Source: the human T2T-CHM13v2.0 reference genome, Homo sapiens
Reading direction: 5' to 3' (one strand)
Assembly: GCF_009914755.1 (NCBI RefSeq)
Contig: NC_060937.1
Length of the DNA stretch: 64,000 bases
Shown: piece after piece, positions 31,726 to 45,615 of the stretch
Layout of the letters: each line of letters begins with the position of its first letter
Numbering within the stretch: the stretch's first letter is position 1
Translations under genes and position numbers: made by a program
Notes under the pieces: generated by a model
Database searches by the model: none
Seen by the model: only the letters and a program-made list of their open reading frames with translations
Told to the model about the DNA's origin: nothing

Positions 31726-33382
31726 GGGCGGGCTCTGGCAAATGCATGGGAGCCTCAAGAGGCCCAGGAATGAGGCTGACCAGGCTGTGAGTGCACTTCC
31801 AGTAGGGATCCCTCCCAGCAGGGCCTGGATGCTGCAGCGGGCCTGCTCTGCCTGCTTTGTGTGGAGTGTGCTGCCACCCAGGGGAAGGCTCCTGGCTGAC
31901 ATGGCAAGTTGACATTGGTCTTGGGTGGTTTCTGTCTCTAGGCTCAGACAAGAAAAAGGACATATAGGGTGCAGGGGCCAGGAGTCAGGGACTAGCCCCG
32001 GCAGAGAGAAGGGGAAAGCGCCAAGACCCCAGGCACAGGCTTCAGAAACACCCCTACTGGACCATCTATCCACATCAGTGGGACCTCTTCCCCATTTTCC
32101 CCCTTCCCGTAGTCTAAGGTGCTTGCTGGCTAAGGGTATTAGAGGACACCAGGAGAGAGGCGTGGCCTGTCTCCCTTATGTGTCCCTAAACTGATCCTTA
32201 CTGGAGATAAGTCCCCAACAATGTCTTGAATTTCAGGAAGCTTCACTTTGTTGTGTGGTCTGAAACTGCAATGCTACCCCGAGGAGCCTTGGAAATTCAC
32301 ATCACCATGCTCCTAAATACGCCTGGTTAACTGCTGGAGCCTTTTCATATGAAAAAGGAAACCCACTAACTGACGTTCCCACAAATCTCCTGGGTCCCTC
32401 GGGGTCTTTGAACTCTGCCTGAGAGACAGTTTCGTCACCCTCTGGGACAACAAATTCATACATTTCTATCTTGCTCCAGTTCCAAGAAAATGGCATTGTG
32501 TCCTTTAAAACGCAGTCAATTCTAAAAGCACACTTCTCCTTGCCTCCTCAAAGAGTGCTCACAACAGTGACTGATAGTTCATTCTTCTTCGTCTTCTTTC
32601 TTTAAGACAGTTTGTTCAGACTTTTTACTTACGTGCTGCAATACAGATTTTAAGAGCTCATTAGCATGGTACAGCAGCTGCACCTTTACAGGATCATGAT
32701 CCTAATACGGAAAAGGCAGTTTCTGCGGCGGAGCGGTGCCTTCTGCAGGGCCCTGGCAGCCCTTGATGCTCCTGCTGTTGAGCTGTCCTGCAGCCGGGCC
32801 ATGCACGCCTCCGCCTTGTTCCTCCCCCTATGGAGACAGGCGGCTGAGTCAGGCCTGTCCTCCACGGAGGGATAAGCCTGCCATGCACTCCCAGAAGCTG
32901 CCAAGTCAACCCCCAGCCGTCTCTTTCCAAGCGCTAGCTACTCCATTCCCTTCCCTCTGTGGAGCTCTTATTTCCCTACTGTCTAACCAGTCAGACACCA
33001 CGTGCCCTTCAGTCCCAAGCTGTCCGCTCTGATCCCTTCGTGGAGTCTTCCGATATAAATAAACTAAACAAGGGAAAACCCACAGGGAAGAAGAAAGTCT
33101 GCAGGTTGTTTTAGACTCCAAACAGATAGGGATTGAGCTTGAAAGAGGGGCAACCGTAAATACCAGATCTTCTTGGAGAGCAGCCAAGTAGATCTGGTAT
33201 TGACAGGTGCCCCTCTTTCACCTGGTATTGACAGGACCCCAATGGAAAATAGACATCATTGCATAGGCACTGATGAAACAGCACGCTTTGAAAAATAGCA
33301 AATAAAATCAGGCAAACTCTGCTGTTTTCAAAGTTAGAATCTCTTACTACGGAGTCTAGGATGGTCACATTAGCAGAATATT

Positions 33383-33686
<304 letters not shown>

Positions 33687-33731
33687 ATATCAGCAGAAGA
33701 TTAACAGACTAAGAAGATAAGGCTGGCCAGG

Positions 33732-33847
33732 GTGGCGGGCTGCGTGGCGGGCTGGGTGGCGGGCTGGGTGGCGGGCTGCGTGGCGGGCTGCGTGGCGGGC
33801 TGGGTGGCGGGCTGCGTGGAGGGCTGCGTGGCGGGCTGGGTGGCGGG
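33732..33847. repeat. GC-rich 12-bp minisatellite (GTGGCGGGCTGS) x ~9.5
   Basis: Directly visible repeat with ..CTGC and ..CTGG unit variants and one GTGGAGGG variant. Confidence 0.97.
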
Positions 33848-33888
33848 ACAGAACGGTGTCCCACGTGGCGCTTTCCCATCTCTGCTCA

Positions 33889-35336
<1,448 letters not shown>

Positions 35337-35359
35337 GACCGAGTCCTCCAGCCCTAGTC

Positions 35360-35376
35360 ACGCCCTCTGCTGGCCA
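35360..35376 (-). promoter_or_regulatory. Candidate CTCF site
   Basis: Minus strand reads TGGCCAGCAGAGGGCGT, a close match to the CTCF core CCASYAGRKGGCR. Confidence 0.6.
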
Positions 35377-35587
35377 CAGCCCCCATCAACACCTTGACTG
35401 CAACCTTGTGAAAAGCCCTGAGCCAGAGCCTTCCAGCCCCACGGCTCCTAAACTCTTGACCCATCAAAACTGAGAAGATAAATGGTTTTGTTTTAAAAAC
35501 TAATAATAAATTAGAGACTCAGCATGTTGCTGTCCTTGAAAACTGTAGTATCTCCCTAATTTCCAAATCTCCAGATCTTCGTAGGCT

Positions 35588-36565
35588 GTGTTAGTTATCT
35601 GCTGCTGTATAATTAAACCACCACAAAATTTACCTGCTTCAGACAACCTACATTCATGACCTCACAGATTCTGTGGGGTGGGAATTCAAGAGCAGCTGAG
35701 CTGGGTGTTTTGTATAACGTGTGGTTTGTAAGGATGAGGAAGCCAGTGGGGCAGGAGATGATTGCCATTGAAAGACAGTTTGTTTCTCACAGTTCCCAGG
35801 AAGAAAAGCACAGGGGCACGCCACACCATGGTAAGGGGTCACGCCACACCATGGGGGGCACATAGGGAAGCTCCAAGTGGGTCAAGGGGCAGAGGGAGCA
35901 GACGAGACCTGGGTTCTTGCCTTTACTGCGCTTTGTGTGGGAAAAGTGAGGTGAGGCACCATCAGCACACTTGGGGGTGTCTGTCCTAATTGTCTGCTGC
36001 TGGCCCCGGGGCACCTAGGGAGGGTGAGCATTGGCCCAGAGTGAGCAAGCCCTATAAAGGTGGTGGCTATGGTGTGGGTTCCAGGTTGGTTTGCACCCAC
36101 AGCATGCTCAAAGCATGTTTGCTGTCTCTAGGAATGAGCTAGCCCTGGAAGGGGCAGGCTCTCTTGTGTCAGCAAGGAGATGTGTCATCAGAACTAAAAA
36201 GGTATGATGAATACAGGGTGTTTCTGGCTCCTGCTGTCTTATGAGGTTGCAATCCGGATGTCAGCCAGGGCCACAGGCATTGGGAGGCTTGGCCAGAGCT
36301 GGAGGATCATGTTTAATGTCATCCCCCTGCTGTGGGCCAGAGGCCTCAGTTCCTTCCCACTTGGGTTCCTGCAGAGGGCTGCAGGGTATCTGCATGATAA
36401 GGCACCCAGCTTCTCCAGAGTAAGAGGCCCAGGAGAGAAAGTAAAGAGGAACTGCACAGCCTTTGTGCAACCCAATCTCAAACATCGCACATCCTCATGC
36501 TGCCTGATTGTGTTTGCTAGAAATGAGTTGCTAAGTCCAAACCACACTCAAGAAGAGGGGAATGA
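35588..36565 (-). mobile_element. MLT1-type LTR apparently interrupted by another LTR (MER21-like, ~35725-36200)
   Basis: The MLT1 start tgtgttagttatctgctgctgtataa..ctcacagattctgtggg resumes as tcttatgaggttgcaatc..ggcctcagttcc. The intervening block has gatgattgccattgaaagacagtttgtttctcacagttccc. Confidence 0.6.
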
Positions 36566-38899
36566 AGCTCCATCTCCTGAAGGGAAGAATGTCAGAGCTC
36601 GGTGTGAGTTACCTTTAGGGCCACCATACAGGCTGGGGCAGCCTCCCCTCTCAACCCCCAGCCGCCCATGACCCTCGCCCCCACGCCTTGCTTTTTAACA
36701 AAGGGTTCACGCCAAAATCCTGTAGGGAGATTTTTCAAATCCCCATGCCCAGGATCCAGCCACTTAGAACCTCCAGAGGAGGGATCCTGCCCGGTGCATT
36801 TGGGGAAAGCATTCCATGTTATCTGATGAGCTCCCTGATTGAAACACAGCCCTAGGACGCACTGGAGTGTCTGCCACTGCATACATTTGTTCTGTGCTTG
36901 GTCTCTCCATGTATGTCTCAGGCAGGGTTGTTGGAATGCCCGTTGTCCCCATCTATGTGGGGAACACTGTACCCTCCTCAACCTGCTGCAATGCCATCTG
37001 TGATATGAATGCTTCCCAGAGCCCTCACCTGGCACAATGAATTGCTCCTTTCTCCATCCTCCCAAATCACTGCAGACAGAGCTCGGGTGAAGCCCAGAGT
37101 ACGTGCTGATAAAAGCAGAATGTGTGTGCTTTTCCTTCCAGCTAAGCCGGGAACCCCCCAAGGGGAGACCCAGTGCCACATTTACACTCATGCCCCCACA
37201 TCTGTCACTGGAGGGTGGCTGGCTTGTATTGGTAAATGAATGACTAAGGGAATGACACACGGTCAGTCTCTGAGAGCATCTTCAAGAGATATTTGGGGAA
37301 AAGGGCAGGTTTCCTTCCGAAATGTTAGCTGTATCCTTCAAACAAGCTCAACTTCCTGCAACTGTGTGTTTATATACAGATCTTATGTAAACTCTCCTTG
37401 AGGTGGTTTGTTTTCATTCCAGATGTTTGTTTCATAGCCCTTCTATGTGCTATTCTCTTTTTCCTTGGCAACTTGACCTTTTTTTCTCTCTCTTCCAGCT
37501 CAAATTCATACCTTCGAGACTTGGGCTGCCCCCTCTCCTTCTCCCTGCAGCCTTCCTTGACATTCTCCCATCTCTGAGGCCAGTGGAGTTTCTGTCTTTC
37601 CTCAGGTGATTTATCCTTCTTTACATATTGTCTTATATTGCTCTCTGGTGGTTTTATGTGCTTTGTCTGATCTCTCAACTCTTCCATAAATTCCTGAGAG
37701 TGATACTATGTCTTCTGCCAATTTTGTCTTCCCTGTAGCAGAGTTTGTTTTTCTACTGAGCATTTAGCAACTGTGTGTGACTTGATTGATGTTTTTAGCA
37801 GGTTCACCTCTTAGAGTAACACACTCTACCTGCTGTCTACAGAGGTGATTCCAACTGCATAATGTCCCTGCAATTTTTAAAGAAAACAACAGACATATGA
37901 TGTCCTGAGTGTGATGTCCAGGCTGTGGGAGGTGTAACAGTCTCACTGCACTCTGAACTAGGTGGACCTGTCCAGTGAAATAGGTTATGGGTACTGTTAG
38001 GAAAGGTTAAAGAACCTGAGATAGTTCCACTACTTTTTAAAAAGACTATATGTTTTTATGACCATTATCTCTTCCAGTCGTATCACATGAGGTATGCAGG
38101 GCAGCACTTTTTCTCTGTTAGCCAATGGGTTGAGGTCCATGAGGCCAGGGGACTTGCCTAGGCCATAGCTGGACTCCTCTCATTCCTCTGCGCCTCAGTG
38201 GTCTCTCTCCGGCTGAGGAGAAGCAGCCACGGTAAGACGATTGATCTGTCCACCGACACTCGAGGATGTCCCAGAACAGTGCAAGGCATAGGTGTGCTCT
38301 GAGTTCTGTGGGGCGTGGCCAGCTGCAAAAAGGTGCAGGAAGGGCGGAGACTGCCCAACAGGAGAAAAGTGCCTCAAATCTTGACGTGGCTACCAGTGAA
38401 TTAAGCTGCCACGGTCAGAAGGGAGTTTCCTGAAATGTTCAGCATTTAAGCAGATGCAGCTGCAGGCCCTGCATCAGAAAACCAAAGGATGCAATATAAG
38501 AAAACCAACTGGATCTGATTAAAATCTTCAAATGTGTGCAAATGGTAGAGAACCCACAATTCCAGTAAGTTGTGTGCTTTATAGAAGACCATGAAGAATT
38601 GAAATATTTCCTTCTGTTGTGTGACTTACGTAATTTGAACGAACATAAAACACACCGACATATATTTGCTAGAGCATAGCTTGCACGTATGTTTGTGATA
38701 AATCAAGTTGACTGCTTTTTTTAAAATTCACATTTGTTTTCTATTCAGTTTTGTATTTTGTGTTGTGTTAGAAAAGAAGACACAGATACTGAAGATATAG
38801 GAGAAAAAGTAGTGAGTTTTTTTTTTAATGGAAAACGTCTATCCATTTCCATTTCTTTTTGTGCTTGCGTGTTTTCCTCTGCCATCATTTGATCCTCTA

Positions 38900-39168
38900 C
38901 CCGCTAAAAAGCGGGTTTTCCTTCTGGGACTTGGCGCAAGCGCTCCTAGGCCAGGCGCGCGCTTAGGTCTGAGACCGGCCGAGGAGCAGGGGCGCCCTCT
39001 GGAGGCTGGGAAGGGAAGGACGCGGTTCCCCGACCTGAGCCTCCAGAACCGGGCGCCGCCGGAGACCCGCCAAGACTCCAACTCACAGAACTGGAAGGCA
39101 ATGCATCCGTGCAGTTTTCAGCCCCGAGTGTGTCGCAATGTGTTACAGCAGCAATAGGAAGCTAATAC
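38900..39168 (+). promoter_or_regulatory. Small CpG-rich element overlapping an MLT1 LTR 3' remnant, with a CTCF motif (38992-39005, - strand)
   Basis: Dense CpGs; MLT1 motifs gagcctccagaa..cagaactg..tgttacagcagcaataggaagctaatac; minus strand CCTCCAGAGGGCGC. Confidence 0.7.
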
Positions 39169-39186
39169 GAGCATTATCCAAGGGAA

Positions 39187-39233
<47 letters not shown>

Positions 39234-40458
39234 AGATCCTTGGTAGACAAGGGGATTGCAAAACAAGGAAGAAAACATAGGGGAAAACAGAGCATAATTT
39301 TACCAGAATTATCTAAATGTTTTAAATAACGAAAAAGTGATGCATTTTGCTATGGAGGGCCGTGTGTGTGTGTGTGTGTGCACGCGTGCAAATGCAAACT
39401 CATGCATTCAAACATCTGCTTAGAATATTCCATGTGCATTTAGCTGGAGTCAAAGGAAATTTTTTTAAACAATAAGATTGGCCCACTCTTCAAGAGTGCA
39501 CCACAATAGGACATGTGCTGCGGGGGGCGAGTGTTGCATGCGATGGGATCGGTGCTTTCACAGAAATGAGCAAAGGTGGTGTGGGAACGGAAAAGGGAAA
39601 CAACACAGCCTAGAAGGCCGGGTGGGGACTAGGACCCTCCAGAGAGATGATGACTTGTGAGCTCACATTGGCAGTGGGTGGCCATCCTGGCTGGGCAGAA
39701 AGGGCAGCAGGGAGAGAGGCTCAGAGGCAGGAACGCCCATGCTGGGCCCTCAAGGTGCGGCAATGCCCTGTATGGCGGGGAGTCAGGAGCGGAGCAAGGG
39801 GCCGATTTGACACTTCCCTGCCCTTTGGGGAAGTTCCTCTAAGGCATCTAACGCTCTTCCCAGATGAGCTTTAAATACCCCGAGACACAATTTCTGAACC
39901 TCCTGAGAGTTCATTTCATGTTACCATGGGTTTCCCCTTTTTCCTTCGGTCACCCCAGGAGCGTCTCCATCATCCTTTCAACAGTTATTTAAGGGAAGAA
40001 TTGTAAGGAGTTTTCCTCTGGGGCGTGGGGAGCAGAAGAGTTAGGCACAAAGAGAAAAAAACATGGAAAGGAAAAAAATTAGAGGCAAAATTCTTTTGTA
40101 TGAACATGAGTCAACGACTATTTTTATGAGAATTACTCTAATTTTTTAAAAAATATTGTGCTAGACACAATTCCACGTAGAGCCATTGTTAGAAAATTTC
40201 AGGACTTCAGGAAAATCTCCCACTGGTATTATCTGCCTGCACCTCCAAGGTATGTTTATTTAAGAATTTGGCTTAAATAAAATATGAAGAAAAACAGCCA
40301 CTAAATGACCCCGATCAATCCATAGCAAGCACAAAAAGAAAGGAGGTAACATGAAATGGACTCTCAGGAGGTTCAGAAGGCGGGAGGCGGTCCCTGCTGT
40401 CTACCATGGGAGCTGGGTACCAGGTGCCAAGCAGGAATTGGGGGACCTGAGCCCCCCC

Positions 40459-40748
40459 TTTTTTTTGAGGCAGAGTCTTGCTCTGTAGCCCAGGCTGCAA
40501 TGCAATGGCACAATTTTGGCTGACTGCAACCTCCACATTCCCGGTTCAAGCAATTCTCATGCCTCAGCCACCTGAGTAGCTGGGATTACAGGTGTGTGCC
40601 ACCACTCCTGACTAATGTTTGCATTTTTAGTAGAGATGGGGTTTCATCATATTGGCCAGGCTGGTCTCAAACTCCTGACCTCAAGTGATCCACCCACGTT
40701 GGCCTCCCAAAGTGCTAAGAGTGCAGGCGTGAGCCACCAGGACCTGCC
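40459..40748 (-). mobile_element. AluS
   Basis: Full reverse dimer with TSD gggacctgagccc / gggacttgagccc. Confidence 0.95.
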
Positions 40749-41789
40749 TGGGACTTGAGCCCTTCTCAGCACCTGTGGTTAGGTGCTGTCCTGGCTGCCT
40801 CCTTGGTCCCCACCTACCCGAACATTAAAGAAAATCTAGGTCTCTCAAACAATTGAAAAAAACAAACAAACAATTTGTCATACACTAAGGTCAACCTTTC
40901 CTCCACCATTAAACTCATGCTTCTCCCCCTGAGGTGATAGATGCACCCCCAATATTCCCCTTATCACAACATGTTGATTGACAAGGAAGCGCAGTGCTCT
41001 GGGCCCCAGCATCCAGCAGAAATGTGGGAGGCCCCCCCACCTTCCAACCTCTGACTGCCCGTGCCGGCTGGACCAGCTTGGGCTTCCAGTCCAGCTCCGT
41101 GAACATGGGGAAAATGGGTCCTTGCGGGCTTCCTGCTGGAGCTCGTAGGGGAGCAGAGCTGCCTCTGTCGAGGCTTTCATGGGCTCGGTGCCTGCCCTTG
41201 ACTGCCTCCCGTCCCAGGGGATGCACTAACCCTGCTATGGGAAGTGGCAGACATCCGGTTAAAAATTCAAGTCGATTAAAGGTGGTAGCATGCTCACAAG
41301 GGCTTACTAAATGGCTCTAAGAAAAAAAAAAAAAAAAAAAAAAAAAAAACCCTGGATAATTTGGCATTTGCCAATTTCATGGCAAAAATACCCTGCCACG
41401 GCTGATTCCAGGTCCTCACAAGCACACCACTGACAGCAGACCCAAATGTCAATAGGGAAACCATGAGCGTTTCCCGTGGAAACATGGGGGAATTCCTCCG
41501 CCGTCTTGGGATAGAGCAGAACTTGCAAACTGGTGATTCAGTATAGAGAAGCCTTTAAAAAGTTGAAAATTCTGAATTTGTGTTAGGAATTCTACGTGCC
41601 AACATGGAATATTAATTAAAATAATTTTAAAATACCATAGACAAAATTGAGTTCAAAATCAAGGACAGAAATATATGTAACTTTCATCACAGATATTCTA
41701 AAAAAAAAATTACTTTTAAAAAAGACTAACCATCCAATAAAAAGTATGAAAATGACAAGAACAAGAGTTTGAGAAAGAGAAAAATCAGA

Positions 41790-42800
<1,011 letters not shown>

Positions 42801-43984
42801 AATAGGTTTACAAAATAAATAACAGCTTAAACAAGTTTAGGTCACAGCTGGTAGATTCCAGACCTTAAATGGACCCACCCTGTATCATGCAAACTTTCTA
42901 AAGATAGAATGCTTTGTAGCTAAGCGCTAAGTGTTCCTGTTACTCCTCTCATGATAATAAAAGAGTAAAGAGAAGTATTGATAATAAGAGCTGGTGTCCT
43001 TGGAGCATACCTTGTATGCTGGGGACACGGCTCAGTGGTTTGTGTTATGTTGTATACTCCATGATTATAATGACCATTTCATAGAAGAACCTACTGAGGC
43101 ATAGAGAGGCAGAGGCGCAGCCCCAGGTTCACAGTTGGTTATTACAGAGTCAGTGCTCAGGGCCAGCCCCACCACATTGCGAGGCAAGGTCTCTTTCAGG
43201 TGCTGTGTGCTGTGGCATTCTGCCATCCCTGGGGACACACGGTTACCCAAGGGGCAACATTCCACCTTGCAATGAAAACCTTAATCGGGGACTTGCTGTG
43301 CCCTGTGGATGTTTTATCTTCAGAGTAGTCGGCATCAGGGAGATGCTGGGTTTCCCAATCAAGAATTCATCATCCACAAAGCTGAAGATGAAACCCAGCC
43401 CCCCGCTGCGGACATTCACTGTACCCCCACACTGTGCACACATTGTGGCGTGTGCAGGGCACACCTCTGTGTCCTCTGGTCAGTCCCTGACGCAGTGATG
43501 GGGTAAGCCACGCCATTCACCACGTTTATGTGGCACCCACCTGAGATGTTGACCCAGTCTCTGTGAGTCACCTTCTGTGAGTGATTCACTAGCAGTCCAT
43601 GTTCTTCTATGCCACAGCATCCGTGTCTCCTGCTTCTCCCCTCTTCACCTCTCTTGGACTTCGTCTCATTCTCCCCTGGCCCTTCCCTGCCGCTCCCCCT
43701 GGCTCCCCGCGTCTCTTCCTTCACCCTCTTCCATCCTTCTCCCCTCTCCCCACTAGCAGTTGTGCCAGGCTCCTTAGAGACACGACCTGCTGTTTCTCTA
43801 CTCTGTTGTCCTCCACAGCCTTCTGTAAGATCGAATGTGGAAGAAACTGCCCATTCTGCGAATGTGCTTGATAAACGGAAACGCCAAGAAGATCCCTAAA
43901 TCCATGTTATTTTCTAATGGTAGCTTCTGCGACCTGTGAATTCTATGGAAAGGAGCTGGCTATTTTTGAAATCAAGGAAATTGA

Positions 43985-44150
43985 CTCTATATTTAAGTAA
44001 ATTCTATAGCTAAGTAAATACAAATATTATACTTAAGTAAAATTCTATAAGTAAAACAAATTTCATATTTAAGTAAAACAATTCTATGTTTAGGTACAAA
44101 TTCTATATTTAAGTAAATTCTATCTTTAAATAAAACTGTATTTCTAAGTT
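43985..44150. repeat. Degenerate AT-rich minisatellite (~18-24-bp units, core TTAAGTAAA..TTCTAT)
   Basis: About 8 imperfect copies of atttaagtaaattctat. Confidence 0.8.
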
Positions 44151-44424
44151 TTCCCATATTAGTTTTGTCCCTCCAGAGACTTTAATATGTAGGTCTAGAG
44201 ATGTCTACGAAACACGACAGTGAAAACCAGCACCTGCATGGACCCATCTGTGTGTGGTTGTAAATCAGCAAGTTACCAAGCCAAATGCACCCATTTCACT
44301 TTCTCACCATGATTAGACTGTGCTGTGTCATAGGAGGAAGAGGGGGCTGTCACAGGGCAGCAAGCAGACATGCCTTCATCTTCATATGATTTCACTATTT
44401 TGTAAATGGTTTCTCAGTTGCTTT

Positions 44425-44910
44425 ATAAAGTTAAATAAACCTGCATTGTGTAACCCAGCAATTCCACTTCTAGGTATTTACCCGAGACAAAAGGAACAAT
44501 ATCCACAAGGCTGTGTGGCTATGTATAGCTGCTTTAATCATAATAGCCCCAAACTGGAAAGAACCTAAATGTCCATCACCAGGCGAATGGGCAAACAAAT
44601 TGCGGTGAATTCATATCATGAAACTACTCAGCAATAAAAAGAAACAATTCCCTGAGTACCTAACAGTGTGGACGATCTAAAACCATGCAGAAGAAAGAAG
44701 CCAAACAGATAGAGTGAGTCCCCCTCTACGAAGGTCAGGAACTGGCAAAACTGACTTATAGGGAGAGAAGTCAGATCAAAGGTGGGAGGATTGTAATTGA
44801 TGGGAACGCCCTCTGGGTGATGGGAAAGTTCTGTATTTTGACATGATTTGGGTTATATGGATGTATGCACTTGTCAAAACTGATTTTAACACTTAATGTC
44901 TGGAAATTAC
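44425..44910 (+). mobile_element. Old L1ME-type 3' fragment
   Basis: aacccagcaattccacttctaggtatttaccc..aaactggaaagaacctaaatgtccatca..gtatgcacttgtcaaaactga. Confidence 0.8.
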
Positions 44911-45167
44911 ACTTCAAAACTTTGTTGAATCACTTTGTTGGTCCTTTCCATCGCCTGCTTCACAGACCAGGGGAATGTACCTTTTGGTAAAAGCAGAAAA
45001 CAAACAAAACGATGAGACCAGAACTACGGCAACCAGCCCAAGCACCACTTCGAGCTCCAGGAAAGCTGTGTGATGCTGAATAGACTGCTCAACCTCTCTG
45101 AGGCTGGTGTTCTTATCTTCAAACGGGGATAAAAGATCTACCAGTCTAGGTGAGTGTGCACAACAAA

Positions 45168-45615
45168 TGGTATATTCATTTGCTAGGGCTTCAGTAAGAA
45201 AATAGGACAAACTGGGTGGCTTAAAACTGCAGGAATTTACTGTCTTATCATCCTGCAGGCTAGAAGTCTGAAATCAAGGCATCGGGAGGCCATGCTCCAA
45301 GACTCTGAGTGGAACCCTCTTTGCCTTTTCCTGACTTCTGGTGGTGCCGGCGGCCCTTGATGTTCTTGGCTCTTTAAGCATCTCTGCAACCTCTGCCATC
45401 ATCTTCACACAGCGCCCTCCCTGTGCATCTCTGTCTTCATACGATGTTTTCTTCTTTTCATGAGGACAGCAGTTATATTGGGCTACAATCCACCCTACTC
45501 TAATATGGCCTCATCTAATCATACCTGCAATGACTCTATTTTTAAATAAAGCCACATTCAGAGGTACCCAGTTTAGGACATGAACTTTTCGGGAGACACA
45601 GTTCAACTCATCACA
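45168..45615 (-). mobile_element. MaLR solo LTR (MLT1C-like)
   Basis: aaactgggtggcttaaaa..ggctagaagtctgaaatcaagg..acctgcaatgactctatttttaaataaagccacattcagagg..gacacagttcaac. Confidence 0.88.

Noticed and set aside
31279-32073. 264-aa His/Thr-rich ORF and overlapping ORFs
   Set aside because: These are translations of the CA/TG low-complexity tract, which is poor in stop codons.
33194-33235. 14-bp direct repeat CTGGTATTGACAGG, 28 bp apart
   Set aside because: Most simply a local slippage duplication; the TGACAG (MEIS-like) content alone is not enough to support a function.
38899-38919. Hairpin ACCCGCT-AAAA-AGCGGGT followed by Ts, resembling a bacterial intrinsic terminator
   Set aside because: The context is primate genomic DNA with no bacterial gene, and a 7-bp stem is expected by chance.
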